Below, piece by piece: positions 1-15,154 of a stretch of DNA of 64,000 bases (position 1 is the first letter of the stretch; each line of letters begins with the position of its first letter). The notes under the pieces are model-generated. The model was not told the origin of the DNA and did not search any database. It was given only the letters and a program-made list of their open reading frames with translations. Made by a program: the position numbers and the translations under genes. Origin of the DNA: Paragordius varius (taxonomy: Eukaryota > Animalia > Nematomorpha); the NCBI GenBank assembly GCA_964247055.1, contig OZ176053.1, positions 5,828,001-5,892,000 on the forward strand. Direction: 5' to 3'.

Positions 1-2990
1 GAATTGATTTGTGGAAAGGTAGACGGAGGCTCATTTTTATTTAGACTTATTTCGATTTCATTTATATTTTTGCCAACTTTATTATTCGAAAAACTTATAT
101 TTTGATCAGTGTTGACATTTTTAGGGTTACTGTATGTTGTGGTGGTTGATGTTACAACAATCGCGTTATTTGCAACTGTCCCTATTGTAATTGGAATTTT
201 AGGGACTTTAGGGGGTCTCCCTACCGATCTTTTAACAATAGGTTGTTGTGCATCAATTCCACCCTGAACAGCCGCTGGTTTTGCCTTTGAAGATTTGCCC
301 TTTGTCCGGGAAATAGGCGATGAATTTCTGCTTGATTTTATGCCTATTTGAAAACACATATGAATAGATACTGTCATAAAATATTCCTAAAAATAATTGA
401 GGTAAAAATGTATTTTTCAAAATATTCACCCATAATATATAACATTTACAGTTCAAATTCCCCCTTGAACAATTCAAATTTACCCTAAAATAAATAATGA
501 GTTTTTTTCGGATTTAAAATTACCTTTATTTTTTAATATTTTTAAAATATGAAATTCTGTTTAAAATTAATATAATGCTAAAAAAATAATAAACTATGTA
601 GTAAAAATTTATTTCATATTGATGATGAGTTATATTAGCCCAAAAACACAATATATTTAAGGTGAATTTTAATTGTTTAAGGCTGAGTTTAAATTGTAAA
701 TGGTATATTTAAGGAATAAGGAGATGGTGGACATATTTAAATTGTTTGAAAAGCCTTTTATGTTTAAAATACGGGGCTTTAACCCATTTTCATCTTATAT
801 TTTTATAACTAGAGCAATATACACAAATAAGAACTTATACACAAATAGATCCATATCAAAATTAAATTAAATCATTGACGTAATACTTTGTGGAGTAATT
901 ATTTCTTTCGAATGCCTAATATCTTCATGATCTTGCGCTCTTTTAAGAGGATCAATATTTGTTACGGAAGAAAAGTTTTTAGGCACTTCATTTCGCATGT
1001 GATTGGTTATGGTTTCATTATTTTCTAAATTACCATTTCCCATGAAGTCTTGAGTTAATTTTTTGTAATTCGTATCGCTATTAATAGTCGGAGGAAGGTT
1101 AAATTGATTTGAAGATGTCGATAACATATTCATGGTTGAAGCCCAAAGGGCTAACGGGTCAAACGCATTCGCCGCCATTTTTTGCTGTACATCTTGGAAA
1201 GATGGTACAGGTGGAACTGGTGGGAATATACCTAAATATTAACCAATGAAAATAATTTTCCTACGCAAATCCATATAATAATTCTAGACTCTACACCATT
1301 AAAATTTTAAATAAGTTGCGTCTTTAATTGTAAAATTATAACTTAAAAACTAGAAAAATAGCTTTCTAATATTAATAATTGCAAAATTAACCCACCTGTA
1401 TTGTTTTGCTGAACAAATTGGAAAAATTTCATCATATCGAAATTTGAAGGATCCATAAATGACGAAAGGACAGTCGATGGGTCTTGAGAGCTGTTTAGAA
1501 CATTGGTCGTCCCCTCATTGCTATATCCAAGGTAAGGCTGATTAACCACGGACGAATTGGGGGATTTCTTAGATTTTTTCGGGTTTTTATTGCAGCTCCC
1601 TGGTGGGCGTCCTCTTGGCCTTTTTACTATACAGAAGTTATGAAAAATTTAATTTTAAAGGGCATAGGTTTAATTTTCACACGAAATATAAATGTAATTT
1701 TTATAAATTTTTGCAGTTCCCTATTTTATAAATATATAGATGAGGAAAAAAAATTATAAAGGAAAAAAATGATCGGAAAGGTATATGGGGCTTTTTATTT
1801 ATACAATCGAAATAGTACAAAACATCTAAAAATTTATGCTCAAAGCAGATCTCACTAGATACATAAATTTCTTTAATATCCTGTAAATTACAGTAAAAAT
1901 ATAAATTATACAGACAAAACGTAAAAATTAAAAGGAATATTTTTATTAAAAAATCTTCATACTTTTTCAAACCTTGAATTTAATTATAAAACTATATAAT
2001 TAAATTTCTCTATGCCCTATTTTTTAACCCAATAGAATCAAGTTTAAAAAAGTATGGTTGTAAAAATGTATTTATCGTTTGTCTGTATAATTTTAACTTT
2101 TTCTGTGTACATACACTTCACCTACATTTGTACTTTTTGATTGGCTATTTTACAACTTAAAATTTTCGAATTAAGTGGACATTACTGTATTTTTTTCAAA
2201 AAATGATGGACAAAAAGACTAACTTTTTTACAATATTTATTTTATTTATAATTTGCTTTGAATGCTCATAAATTGATAATATATTTTTGTTGATTTTTTG
2301 GCAGATAATAAGTATAAAAATAAAATTTTAATCGCAACATAATAACAATATATATACAAAAATCTTATATTATATAAATATATGTATATAAACACCTACT
2401 AACCAAACTTACCTGCATTTTTTTAAAATTAAAAACAAGAATAATAAAAAATTATAATATCAAGCCAAAAAATAATAAAGGTAAGTTAGGGAGGAAAAGC
2501 TTTTAAAATAAATAATATATAAAGTTGGCAGAAAATTTATATAATATATATATTGTATATTTAAATTGAAAAAAAATATTTTTTTTCCTTTGCAATATTA
2601 AATTTTATAAGCTGCATTTCATATACCACTCATTGACTTTATACCTGCACTTAAAATACACCATATTTTCAATAAAGAATATATTTTTTTAAATATTGTC
2701 TTTTAAGCAGGTGTATGGAATTAATATATTGAATTTAAATTAAAATTATTCTACAAAATCTTTGCTTAATATATATTATCTTGAGCATTTAATTTTTATA
2801 AAAGCCTTAAAGATTTTTTGCACAAAAAGATGAAATTTTTTTTATCAAAACAATAAGACTTGCAGTGTCATTCTCTCATCATTGGAAAAAAATATTTTTT
2901 TATTTTATTTATTTCAAAAATGCCATTTTTAATATTTTTTATTTTAATTATTTATATGAAACGAAGGTACTATAAGCCTATAGGCATGAT

Positions 2991-3021
<31 letters not shown>

Positions 3022-4287
3022 TTCAACATATGTTTAATTAATTTTTATAATTTTTTAATACATACATATATATATATATATATATAATTTTTCATGGGTA
3101 TATTTTTTAGTTTAATTTTACAAATGTATTTATAAATTTAATTACTTATTTATATTTTATTAAAGTATTTTATATAAAAATTGATAACAAAAAATATTTT
3201 TATTGATTTTTCACTAAAGCTTCATAATATATATATTTTTTTGAACCATTTTTTAAAAAAATAAAAATTTAACAAAAAATATATTATGTGTTAATAACCT
3301 AATAAAATTTTGATGTAATTTAAAGGTGACTTTTTCAAACAATTTATATATTGTTTATGATTTCAAAATATATAAATAAATATTAAGTGTCCTAACTGCC
3401 CAATCTTTACTTTAAAACAAAAGCAATTTAGCCCGCTAAATATTTATAAATAGCTTTATATGTAAATAATTATAGAAAAATTTAAATTTGTTAAGTCAAA
3501 AACAATTAAATAAATTTAAAAAGAGTTTAAACTAACTAGGTATATCAGCTGTATTGTTCGTGCCTTTGGTAGAATCGTTTCTGTCATTTTTTTCGTGGCA
3601 AAAAGTTTGATGGCTTTGATTGGAAGATTCAAACGATTCCTTAGATAATGGTCTGCTTAAGGCAATCGAATTTTTAACGTTTATACATTCTCCATCATTC
3701 AATGGTTTGACTGTCGGATCAATGGTGGTGCTAGAAGATAATTTTTTGGCTGCATTTTGAATCAATCTTTGCCTGATGATTTCAGCTAAGTCCATATGTG
3801 AAGACGCTACTGGATTATGATGGGTCATTACATTTTGATTATTGTTATTAATTTGTTCTTTGGGTGTGTGAGCATGTTGTGTGTTGTTTGAAAGAATCGC
3901 ATCTATCCCATACGGAGATATTTTAACGGGCGCAGTATTACGTAGAGAAGAAGGTACATGTCTATCTTTGCCAGCTTCAAACGGATAATTAGAATCGTTC
4001 TCTTCTTCTGTTTTGATTTTCCTCGCATCAGCTTCAGTTAATGGGAGGAATGATGGTATTTCTTGTAGATGTTGTTGATATTTTTGAGGTTTTTTGCCTT
4101 TCCGACCTCCGGCTCCCCCGATACCGCCCGACGAAGAATTTGAAGACAGATTGGATTGATTAACATTTTGATAACATGGATGTGATGGTGTCGTCGTAAA
4201 ATTGGTGTCCTCCACACTACCCGTATTTTTATTATTGTTCATGTTTAAAAAAGAAAAGGTCTTTTCATCCAGACATGGATTATCCAT
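1..4287 (-). CDS. AT-hook-containing nuclear protein, 5' part only (continues beyond window start)
   Basis: Phase-compatible GT-AG exons 4287-3537, 1626-1396, 1231-887 and 343-<1 join the listed ORFs 3532..4296, 1343..1549 and 867..1178 plus an open frame to base 1. Two AT-hook motifs (KRPRGRPPGS, KRSVGRPPK), a YGIDAIL eh1-like motif and an IKTE SUMO consensus. The rest is low-complexity N/S/T-rich; no orthologue recognised. Confidence 0.72.
437..708. mobile_element. MITE family A copy 1 (TIR TATACCATTTACAATTCAAATTCACCC, ~21-bp subterminal repeats), in intron of AT-hook gene
   Basis: Inverted termini (atataacatttacagttcaaattc ... tttaaattgtaaatggtatat). Internal sequence shared with copies at 18383, 31311 and 37384. 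Confidence 0.8.
2991..3018. repeat. (TA)n microsatellite
   Basis: Uninterrupted TA run; a second shorter run lies at ~3066-3086. Confidence 0.9.
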
Positions 4288-7200
4288 TGAAATCAATGAT
4301 TTTTGATAAAATATTCAAAAATAATTGAAATGGCAAAAGGAGCGATAAGACATAATTAAATATTTTGGACAATTACAAGATATGGCAAATACCCAATAAT
4401 CTAATGGGATAGCAAAAACATAAATTTAAAATTAAAATATTTAATTTTTAAGCTATTATGCATGCGTAAAATACGAGTATATATTTGGGAATAAAGTTGT
4501 TAAAATGATTAATTGAGCCAAAACATAAAATTTTAAACTTAATAAATAAATATAAAAACGTCGTATATGATGTATATATCAATAGAGAAATGTTTAAAAA
4601 ATATAAATTAATTAATATTAATATCACAATATATTTAGCATTTGTTTGTATCTAACTACTATATATGTTTGAATTGTTCCAAAAAAACGTTAAATTCGAT
4701 ATATATATTTTTTTCAAAATTTAAATATGTAGTATAAGGTTTTTAACAAACTGAAAAGAGTTAAATATTTATAGAAATAAATTATATATATATATATATA
4801 TATAATACTTGTTTATTTATTTATCTTAAAATTACAATCTTTTTTTTATTTATTTTTTACGTTATAATAAATAAAAAAATATTTTATAATTATATATTTT
4901 TTTTATTTAAAATATATACATATAAAAGAGACATATATGTATGGTGTGCTATATGTAAAATTAATATTATTAAAAGTTATAATATAAAATAAATTTTACC
5001 TTTTGATAATAAATATATAATTGATTTTTTTATTATACATATCCTATAAATAATACAGAAATAAATTAACCATTTTTCATATTTAATATATTTAATATAA
5101 TTTTTAAAATACATTTTTATCGATACTTTTACAAAATGGTGGAGGGATCACACTTAAGCTTTTTGTAAAAAAATACATATACATATATAAAAAAATATAT
5201 CTTAAATAGTGACATAAATATTTTTATTTACCTTAGCTAGCTAACTACACATTTTTTTTATAATTAAATAAATAATATATTATTATTATAGTCGAAATTT
5301 GGGCAAATCATTTAACATCAACTATCTCGCCTAAAAAATAGGTCATAAAAAATATGCCCGGCTTCAGTCACAGGGTAAAGGCAAACAAAAAAATAATCAA
5401 ATATATATATAATTGGACAATTTTCAATTTAAATCATTTTCATTAAAGAAATAAATTATAAATCTTTAATGAACATGATGTAATTTAAAAAATATGCACC
5501 CATTAGTTAAATCGTCTGATAAAAAATTAGTTATCAAATCATATATTTTTTAATTTTATTTTATTTATTAAACATATAAAAATATTATAGATAAATGTAC
5601 CTTTTTTGGTATGAATATGTTGTTAATTATTTTTGTTTTAGAATTTAAAAAGTAAATAAAAAAATATAATAAATAAATATAGATGATGGTTAATTTATAT
5701 AAAAGGCTAAATAAATTGTTTATAAAATGATAATTTTAAATAATATAATAATATAGAAAATTAAAATAAATATTTTTTTATTTCATATAATAATAATAAT
5801 AATTATAAAAAATTAACAAAAAAAGAAAATTAATTGGCACTATATATCATTTTTTCGTAACCACTACATTTAATAATAATAATATATTTATTCCTATCTA
5901 ATATAAATAAAATCTAAAATATAGATGAAAAATAAAAAAATATTATTTTTTATCCTTTATTATTGCTTATAATTTATTGTGAATATTATTGCAACAATGA
6001 AGGATAAAATGGATATATAAGTAAAGTGATTTAGGGAAAATAAATATATTTTTTATCATTTATTCTACATAAAATTATATATAATAATAATAATTATTTA
6101 TAGAAAAAAATTTTTTTTATTATCCAACCTGTATATAAAATTAATATTGATTTTTTTGCAAAATGCGTAAAAGTATAAAGTGAGAAAAACAGCAGATTAA
6201 TAAAATTGTACTTAGCACCAGAGTATACCAAAATAAATTTATTTGGGTAACTTAATTTTAGAGTTTTTCTCTTATGAATTGAACTTTATTCATTGGACAA
6301 AATGAAACGGTTGATTATAAAAAATTAGGAAGATATATTTTAGGTATTTTTAATTTGTTAAAGAAATGGGTAATTTAAATATGTGCTCAAAGCTGATAAA
6401 ACTTCACAACTACGGTTCTGGAGTTTTAGTAAACTAGAGGGATTAGTGCCCTTATTAAATAATGAACAAATTTTAAAAATATGTTCATCACGTGATATAT
6501 AATTCCAAAATAATGGTACCAACTTCTAGTATAATTGTTAAATTTATTAATATTCTTTAAATATGATAAACCAATTGAATTATTATTCGTATTTGTGATA
6601 TGAATTAAATAACTGGTTATGACTTTAAATAACTACATTGTCATGCAAAGATCGATTTTAATCGGTTAAACGCCTTATCTGAAGGATTTAACAGATTCAC
6701 AGAAAAGAATTATTGGAATAAACTGTACGGATTAGATGATAAACTGCGATAAAGTTTTTTAGGGGAGGGGGATGCTCATACGTTAAGGATAATAGGTTAA
6801 TTGATCCGTCAATTTTCAATACCGAAATTCGGATATTGATTGAGTTGTTGGTCAGGCGTCAAAATTGCTTTTTGCCAAAAATGCATTTAATGGTGTAATG
6901 TTTGGATTTTACCGCTCATTTAACATATGTCCTAGTTTATTTTGCTTAATTCTTATAATATAAACGATTCTCTGTATTAATTTTACCCATAAAATTTTTA
7001 AATTTGGGTGATTTTTAGCTGCATTTTAGAGATAAACTAGATCAAATTTTTACATTTAACGCCATTTTTGATTTTAAGAACGTTAAATTTTTGTGATATT
7101 TTTATCTTATTAAGCATAAATGCCTTTTACAGGACGGTTTTTACGAAAGATTTTCGGTTTGCATTTATGTTAAATGCAGAGAGACACTAATTGTATTCAT

Positions 7201-10200
7201 ATTATAATTCGGTTGCCCCAAATTTTTACGGACAAAGTTTAACCCAATTGAATAAGGAATGTTAGGGTTGAACCGGATACTTCCCGTTACAAACCATATA
7301 ATTCTTGTTTTAACCTAAATTAGCTATTGGTTACGAATTCGAAAATTACCATTATATTAAAATCAAACAATGAAAAACCAAATTATAGTGGTTAGGTTTA
7401 TTTTAAGAAAACTCGACCCACAATCTAGGAAATCCTGCGTATAAAATCGAATTCTGTTATATACAATAGCCAATCAACAAAGATCATACATGGAAAAAGT
7501 ACTCTATTAAATTTAGTAATTATTTGATTTTTTAAACAATTTTAGCCATACTATATATGTTTTGCATTTAAATTCAAAAGGTTCACACTCATAACATTAT
7601 TTTAGATAAGTGTTAAGAAGCTTTGGTAAAACATTTTTCTTTTTATAATATTACTTTTTGCACAAACAACGAACGATAAAATATATTTTTTATTCAAAAA
7701 TTAAAAAATGAAATAAAAAAAGTAAAACTCCCTTTTATAATGCAGCACATAAATTTATTTTATTTTTTACATATATGTACACACATATATTTTTTGTTTA
7801 ATTTATTTTAATTATATAAATATAATAAATTTTTTAAAGTATTTTATAATTTGAATGTTTAAAATCATCTGTTATTTATAAAAATAAAATAATAATTTTT
7901 AAAGTTTATTATTAGTTATAAAAAGTATTTAAAAAAAATTTACCTTTATGGATTTTTATTTTATAAAATATAATTTTTTTAATTATATTCCTTTAAATTT
8001 GAATACTCATTATAAAAGTTAATATTTTTCAATATTATCTAGCTTTTTTTCCATATATTTTTTATTTTCACCTCTAAAATTTAATCTTGATAAAATTTAT
8101 ATACATGTATTGATATATATGTGCAAAAAAAATAAATTAATTATAAATAAATATACTTTTTATTAATTTTATATTTATAACACAATTTTTGTAAATCGAT
8201 AAATGTTAAAAAAGTGTATATATATATATATATTAATATTCCACAAAATTACCGACATCATCATATCATTAATAATATTTAATATTATTGGATGTTATGT
8301 ATATTATACTAAATTTTAAAAAATCGCTAAAAAGGCTTAAAATCGAACAAAATTGATATCTGATATTTAAAAAAAATATTTCAAAAATATAATACCTCAG
8401 CACCTTCAAAAATTGTAAATTTTATTTCTCAGAATATTGGAATAGGTTGTAGTTGGGAAAAATTGCTTTTATTTTTTGCCTATTTTGGCGGAGCGTAGGA
8501 AAAGAATATATTATTTTTATATATTTTTTGAAATGAAAAAAAAAAAATAAATAAAAATAAAAAAAATATATTTTTTTGTACAAACCAAAAAAATCAACAA
8601 ACAAAATAGCGTTCAAATATATATTACTTTTATAATATAAATATTATAATATCATACAATTTAAAAAAAACTAGAGAAAATAAAAATATATTAAAGAGTT
8701 GGTTGTTGGTTTTAAATGTATATAATATATTTATATATAAAATAAATAATTTTTTAATATATAATTAATTTTAAAGTGCTGTTTACAAGTTTCTTTTTTC
8801 CACCATTTTTTGTTTAAAATTATACTTGTACACCTACCTATTTAATATGTAGTTCTATAAACCTAAAAAGTTAAATTTGTATGTTTTTTATCAAAAATAA
8901 TGGGCTTAGAATTTTGAAATAAAATATTAGTTTTTAAACACTTTAAAAACCGATTACTATTCTTACATTTTATTTCACCATTAATTCAATAAACAACCTT
9001 CTCATATAGTTTTGTCAGTCTATTTAAAATATCAACAAAAATCGTTTTTTATATGTATTTGCTTATAATATTTTTTATATATTGAGATTTTGTGTGATAA
9101 TACCATATATATCAATCATGGACGAAAAACCATTGGGTTATTAAAATAACCAAGTTTTCGAATAAATTGTTGAAATAATCTAAACAATTTAAATAAATTA
9201 GCACATAAGGTGATATTTAATCATTAACCCGGATAAAGCATTAATAAAAATTTAACTAGGAAATTTTAAGATCTCTCCACTATGCCCTCAGAACACTCTT
9301 TCATTGAACAATGAATGCATGCCATACATATGTGTTTATAAAAGGCGTTGAAATTTTTTATTGTTGATAAAAATCAATCATATCAATATGAATTTGGGTA
9401 GTTGACAACCACAGATAGATTGGGCAAATTTGCCATCTCGATTCGACTCATAGATATGCACAATATACAGAATGAAGACATTTAAAATAATAGAAAAAGC
9501 CTTTCGCAAATATCTTTACCAATTTTCGTAATAAACCTTTACGAATTGCATGTTTACCATAAACTGACAGAAAAGGGTGTACCGTTAGCATAAAGATATT
9601 GTTATTTTTGCAAGCTTTATCGGTCTTTATATTAAAAAAAATTTAAGTTATAAGAAACCATTATTTGTTATTTTAACTATAATTTTCAGTACTTGTAAAC
9701 TATAAACAAGGAATTAGATTTTATTTGGTCTGCATAAACGGATAAAATTTGTACGTTTAGCTGAGTAAAAATATAGGTTATTTAACACAAAATTCGATTA
9801 TATACATGACCGAAACTTTTACGATAACAATATGTTAATATTTAGTAATCTAAAATTGCAGAAGTATTAATTAAGCATTGGTTACCTAATATCATAATAT
9901 GAAAAATTTTATTCTGTTACGCTGTTTGCATTTTTTTACATTTATCTTAGATGACAACCCCAAATTTTTGAATTCTCAAACCCATCCTTAATTTTAACGC
10001 TACAATTCAGGTCAAAAACGTTTAACAGAAATTTTACATGATCATTCAACTAAAATAAAAACTTATCTGATATTCGACAAGTTTAAATATATATTAATTG
10101 AATTGTTAATATAATAAAAAATAAATAAAATATAAAAAGGTTAATTCTGTTAAAATTATAATTTTGGTATCTCAAAACCTATACTCCTTCAAAAACGCGG

Positions 10201-13200
10201 CAAAAATTATTCTATTCGAAACTTCCAAATAATTATTATTTAATCGGATAAAAATAACCATTTGGGTGGATTTTTTTAAAAAAAGCAATGAAAAATAAAA
10301 ATATTAAACTTGATTTATCAAAAGCAAGTATGGATTTAAAAATAGAGAACGTATATTATTTTTATTTCTTGGAAATAGTATTGATTTTAATAAAAATATA
10401 TTGTTTAAAAATACCTAATGTTTTTTTTTTAAATACAAAATAAAAATTTTTATCGTGTGTTTTTTTATATCATTTATAAAATGTTTGCTAAAAATTTAAA
10501 TTAAACATTTTTTTTTGAAAAAGTAAATTTTAATTAAAAAAATTCAACCTCGATACATTTATATTACGTATTTTTTCATGTAATAATATATTATTATATT
10601 TAATGAACATAATGCAATATAGACGAATAAATTTTTTTTATTTTTTTTAATTAAATGTTATATTCATAATAATTAAATTGAGCACATTTCTATTAAATAT
10701 AATAGCTAGATATTATAGTTTATCACTATTTTTAATATAATAAATAAAAATACATACATTATTAAGATTAATGATGTATGTGAATCAAATATATTTTATT
10801 TATATGTGTCGAATAAAAATTATTCGGATAAAAGCAAAAAGATTTGTTTTAAGACCTGGTTCAAGTTTCTGCAGTGATTTTTATTTTAATTTACATTTCC
10901 TTTGGTCTTATAGAATTAGGACAAAATATATTTTAAAGATATTAATTTAATAGTAAATTTTCATCCATAGATATGTTTTATTTTGTAATAGCTATTTATG
11001 AATGGCAATATTCCTTTTTGGGAATAGCAGGGCTTCAGAACCTAATCCAAAATCACATCTAACTCAAACCTGGTTTTCGTGATTTGAGACCTCCAAAGTA
11101 TGAACGACCTTAACCCCATTTTCGACTTTTAAGGACTAACTCGGTTTATACAAATAATGAGGCAACTTTAATTCATCAAAATAAGCGGTAGTTCCGTTCC
11201 CATATGTTATCTTTTCAATAAACACTTTAAAAAACGTTTTTTAGAGTGCTAAAAAACCCCGGAAGCAAAGATTATTTGTTATTATCCAAAACATTTCATC
11301 TTTTGATTCCTTTTCCGATAAACCGTAGAATTTATCTATGTTTTAGAACAACAATAAAAAAAATTTCTATTTAAAGAATTCAACAGCGATTCCTGCCATC
11401 AGCCAATATGGATACTTGTGGAAACATTGGACACATCCTAAATCAACATGGTATTGGCCTTACTAGTTTTCCGAATTTTACATATTATATGAATTAGGTT
11501 ATTGTTGAAAAGAGCTATTCAGCTCGAATTATATTTTCAATGAGAATTTTTAATAACGGAGATGCTACGATGATTTTGAACTTATAGATATATTTAAGGC
11601 ATATTTTTTAATTTGTTTGATTCAGTGTTGTCCATTTAATTAATTTTTGTGTAAATTTATCATAAACTATAATTTTGGGCGATATACAGTTTATTAAACT
11701 TTTGCGCCAAAGGATTCCTTTGTAAATTACATGGTAAATAAGCAATATATGTATTGAAAGTAACAAAAATTAGAACAAATTAGTTCAAAGTTTTAAGAGT
11801 CTATTCAGGTGCCATTTTCATTAAAACTAACCCGGTTTCAATTCTTTCATAATCCACCCCGTTGGTTGTTCAAAACCTTAAAATCCCAGTTTCATTTTTG
11901 AAAGTTTACTTATAATATGGTTCTAATCATAAAGGATACTTTGTCCGGCTTGTTTAAAAGCCATGATTGAAAGTTAAATAAGAAAAGCGGATGTAAAAAT
12001 GTCAAAATGGTGTCAGAACTCTCTAGCTTTTTTTAAAATTATAACTAAATAAACTCCGAATATAAACATGTTCTATTTTAGTTTTTTTCTGGTATCTGAA
12101 AATTTGCTAAATTATGTTTCAAAAACATATAAATCATAGGTTCTATATAAATGTGCCAGAAAATTTATTATATAAACAGAACAAATTATGAAATATTAAA
12201 AATTTTATAAGGAAATCGTACAGTTTAAATAAATTGTCATACTATTAAAAATATAGTCACGTATATGTTCCCCGTAATCATTCGAATTTTTTTTATTGTT
12301 TGAGGGGTTAGTTGGTTAAAAATGTTTTGAATGATAAATATATACACAGAATTTATAATTTAAATAATTATTCCATCCAAAGCCAAGGGAGAAATAAATT
12401 TAAAATACCCAATGCGCCAAACAGGTGATTGCCAATATTTTTCCGACATCTTATGCAAACATGGAGTAAAATGCTTATATTATTAGGCATATGTACAAAA
12501 GATCATCTAGGTAAGATTTAAGTTTTGAGCCAAAAACTTTTTTATATTCTCGCAAAATTATGACATATTAAAATGTTAAAATTTATGCTCTGTAATAGAC
12601 TACATTTAAAAACTTGTACATTATAACTGTGCATGACTTTATAGAATAATTTAGCATTATTTAAATATATTTTGCTATGCTTCAATAATTAGTCAAAATT
12701 TAAAACCTAAAAAACCCTTTTTGGATTAAATGATATTGGTACACGGATGTTTTAACATTTTATGCACCTAATTTTATTATGATTAATAATAAACGTTTTA
12801 GGCGTTGCTTCATGTTTCAAAAGTTTTAACAAAAATACTAATCTTCAACTGTTTGGCGCCTTTTGTGCATATATCAATTATTGTGCGGCTTTTGCAAATA
12901 TTTTTCGGAATATAAATTGTATGAATTACTCTATTTTAAAAATTTACCTTAAACTTACAAAGTATATTCCAAATGACGATTTGATATTAAAACAAAGACA
13001 GCCCGAATGTCAGATAGATCATCCTGCGATGTTTGATATATATATTGCCGATTAAATATTTAATTATATAATCAAAAATTTTCATATATTTTATTGGCGC
13101 ATGAAATTTAAATATACAATTTTTAAGACTTTTCCTCCATATTTTAGAAAAAAATAAATTTTTATATAAAACTGCTGTCACATATGTCATTCAGTGTTTT

Positions 13201-15154
13201 AAAACACTGTCTGTATATGGTCTTTGAAAATATATACTTTATAGTGCAATTAAAAATAATATTTTTATAAAAAAAATATTGATTTTATTTTTTTCCTGTT
13301 TATAATCAAATTTAACAAAACATATATAAAAATAAGGAAAAATTAGTAATTTAATGGTTAGATCAAAAAAATGTTTTTTAAAAAAATGCTGCAATATAAT
13401 ATAAGGTACAAATTAAATATCTGTTTTGCTTAAGAATTCTAATTTATAATGTGTCAAACTTTGCGGTCCGTTTGTACGGTGACTCAATATTTTAGATAAA
13501 ATAAGGATAATCGTAAGAATTTTTATTTAGAAAATCGGGTGTCGAACGCCATATAAGAATAAATTGCAAAAACTATGCAGCTGATTATAACTGTTTGAGT
13601 GTAACTTTTTAAAATATGGAGTAAATTGGTTAAAATTTTTTTTACATTTTTACAAATATCATATAGCTATAAAAAAATTTGAACACCTCTAATAAAGCTT
13701 TAATTTATAATTTTAATTTAGCAATACTAATTCTTATTTGTTTATTGCAAAAGCTTCAGATAAAAACTATATTATAATACATTTCGTATGTAATTGAAAT
13801 ATTTAATGTAGCCCATATTATTAAAAGCTAGTTAAAATTTTAGCCGCACATGCATACCAATAGGGAATCATACTAATTTGTTGCTTATTATTTCTGTAAA
13901 GATTAGTTTATCTACAAAATACTAAAATTTAACTGACTTAGCAAGAATTTAACAGGCTACTGAAAACCTAAGTCATTTTTTGAATACTATTAGCACTGTT
14001 GAAGCAACAATAGGTGTTGTATGTAAAGATATGATAAAATCAGTTGTTCTAACTAACTATTGTTTTGAAAAATTCAGCCGTTTGGTTCCTTATGGATTTT
14101 GTCATTATTTCTTGTATAAATCCCAATTTTTTTCGGATTCTACATCATTCAGTCTATCAAATTGACATCTATGATATATATTTATTGCAATTAACTTCCA
14201 TATTGGAAATTAAGTAGCGCCATAACTTATATAAATAAGTAAATTTATATTGGTAACAGCTATTGTACAAAAATTTTGGGTACAGATCTAGGGTAATTTA
14301 AGAATATATACCACTAATTTTATTGTTATACAGGCTACTTTAAACTAACTATGGTCATTTTTTAGTTCTAAACCAACGAGAAATAGTAATATTTTATTGT
14401 TAGACAGCTAAATATATTTAAATTCAAAATTACAGAGTAGTTTAATACGTTAGAATGTTCAATTTTTCACCTATATCCATATTTATTGCAGGTAAGCGCT
14501 AAAGTAGATAAAAAATTAAAAATATAATATAGTTTATCATTCCTAATATATTTTTATTTTTTTTATGAAATATTTTTTTGCCACCAAATTTCGCAATATA
14601 TGTATATATAAAAAATCGATATTATCAAAAAAAAAGTTAATAAAAATATCTAAAATAAAGCTAAAAATAAAATTAATGATTTATATTAATAAATATAAAA
14701 ATATATATATATATATATAATATTAAATTTCTAATATAAAAAATATTTTTTTGCCTTTATATATAAAGATAAAATATATATTATATTGTAAAAGGCGTCT
14801 TTTTTTGTACATTCATTTTTATTATTTTTATCGAAAATGGATAACGAAAATTTAGTAGTAATACAAATCTGGTACGCATTTTTTAAAAGCTTTAAATATT
14901 TTTTTTTGAAAAATTATATTTGTATAAAAATAATTTTTTAAAAAACAGTAAATAAAAATATATAAATATTGAAAATAAATAATCAAGGACGTTATTAAAA
15001 TTAAATCTAAATTTTATCCATTAGATTGGTTTTTATTTCAACAATTTTTTGCACCAACAAAAGATCCTACCTTTTTATTAATATATTTATGATAATATAA
15101 AACTATTGAATAAATCAAAGGTATGAATGCAATTATTTAAACATTTTAAACTAT

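Noticed and set aside
1659-2100. Short inverted matches (AGGGCATAG/CTATGCCCT; AATTATACAGACAAA/TTTGTCTGTATAATT)
   Set aside because: Probably decayed MITEs, but too short and AT-rich to define an element.
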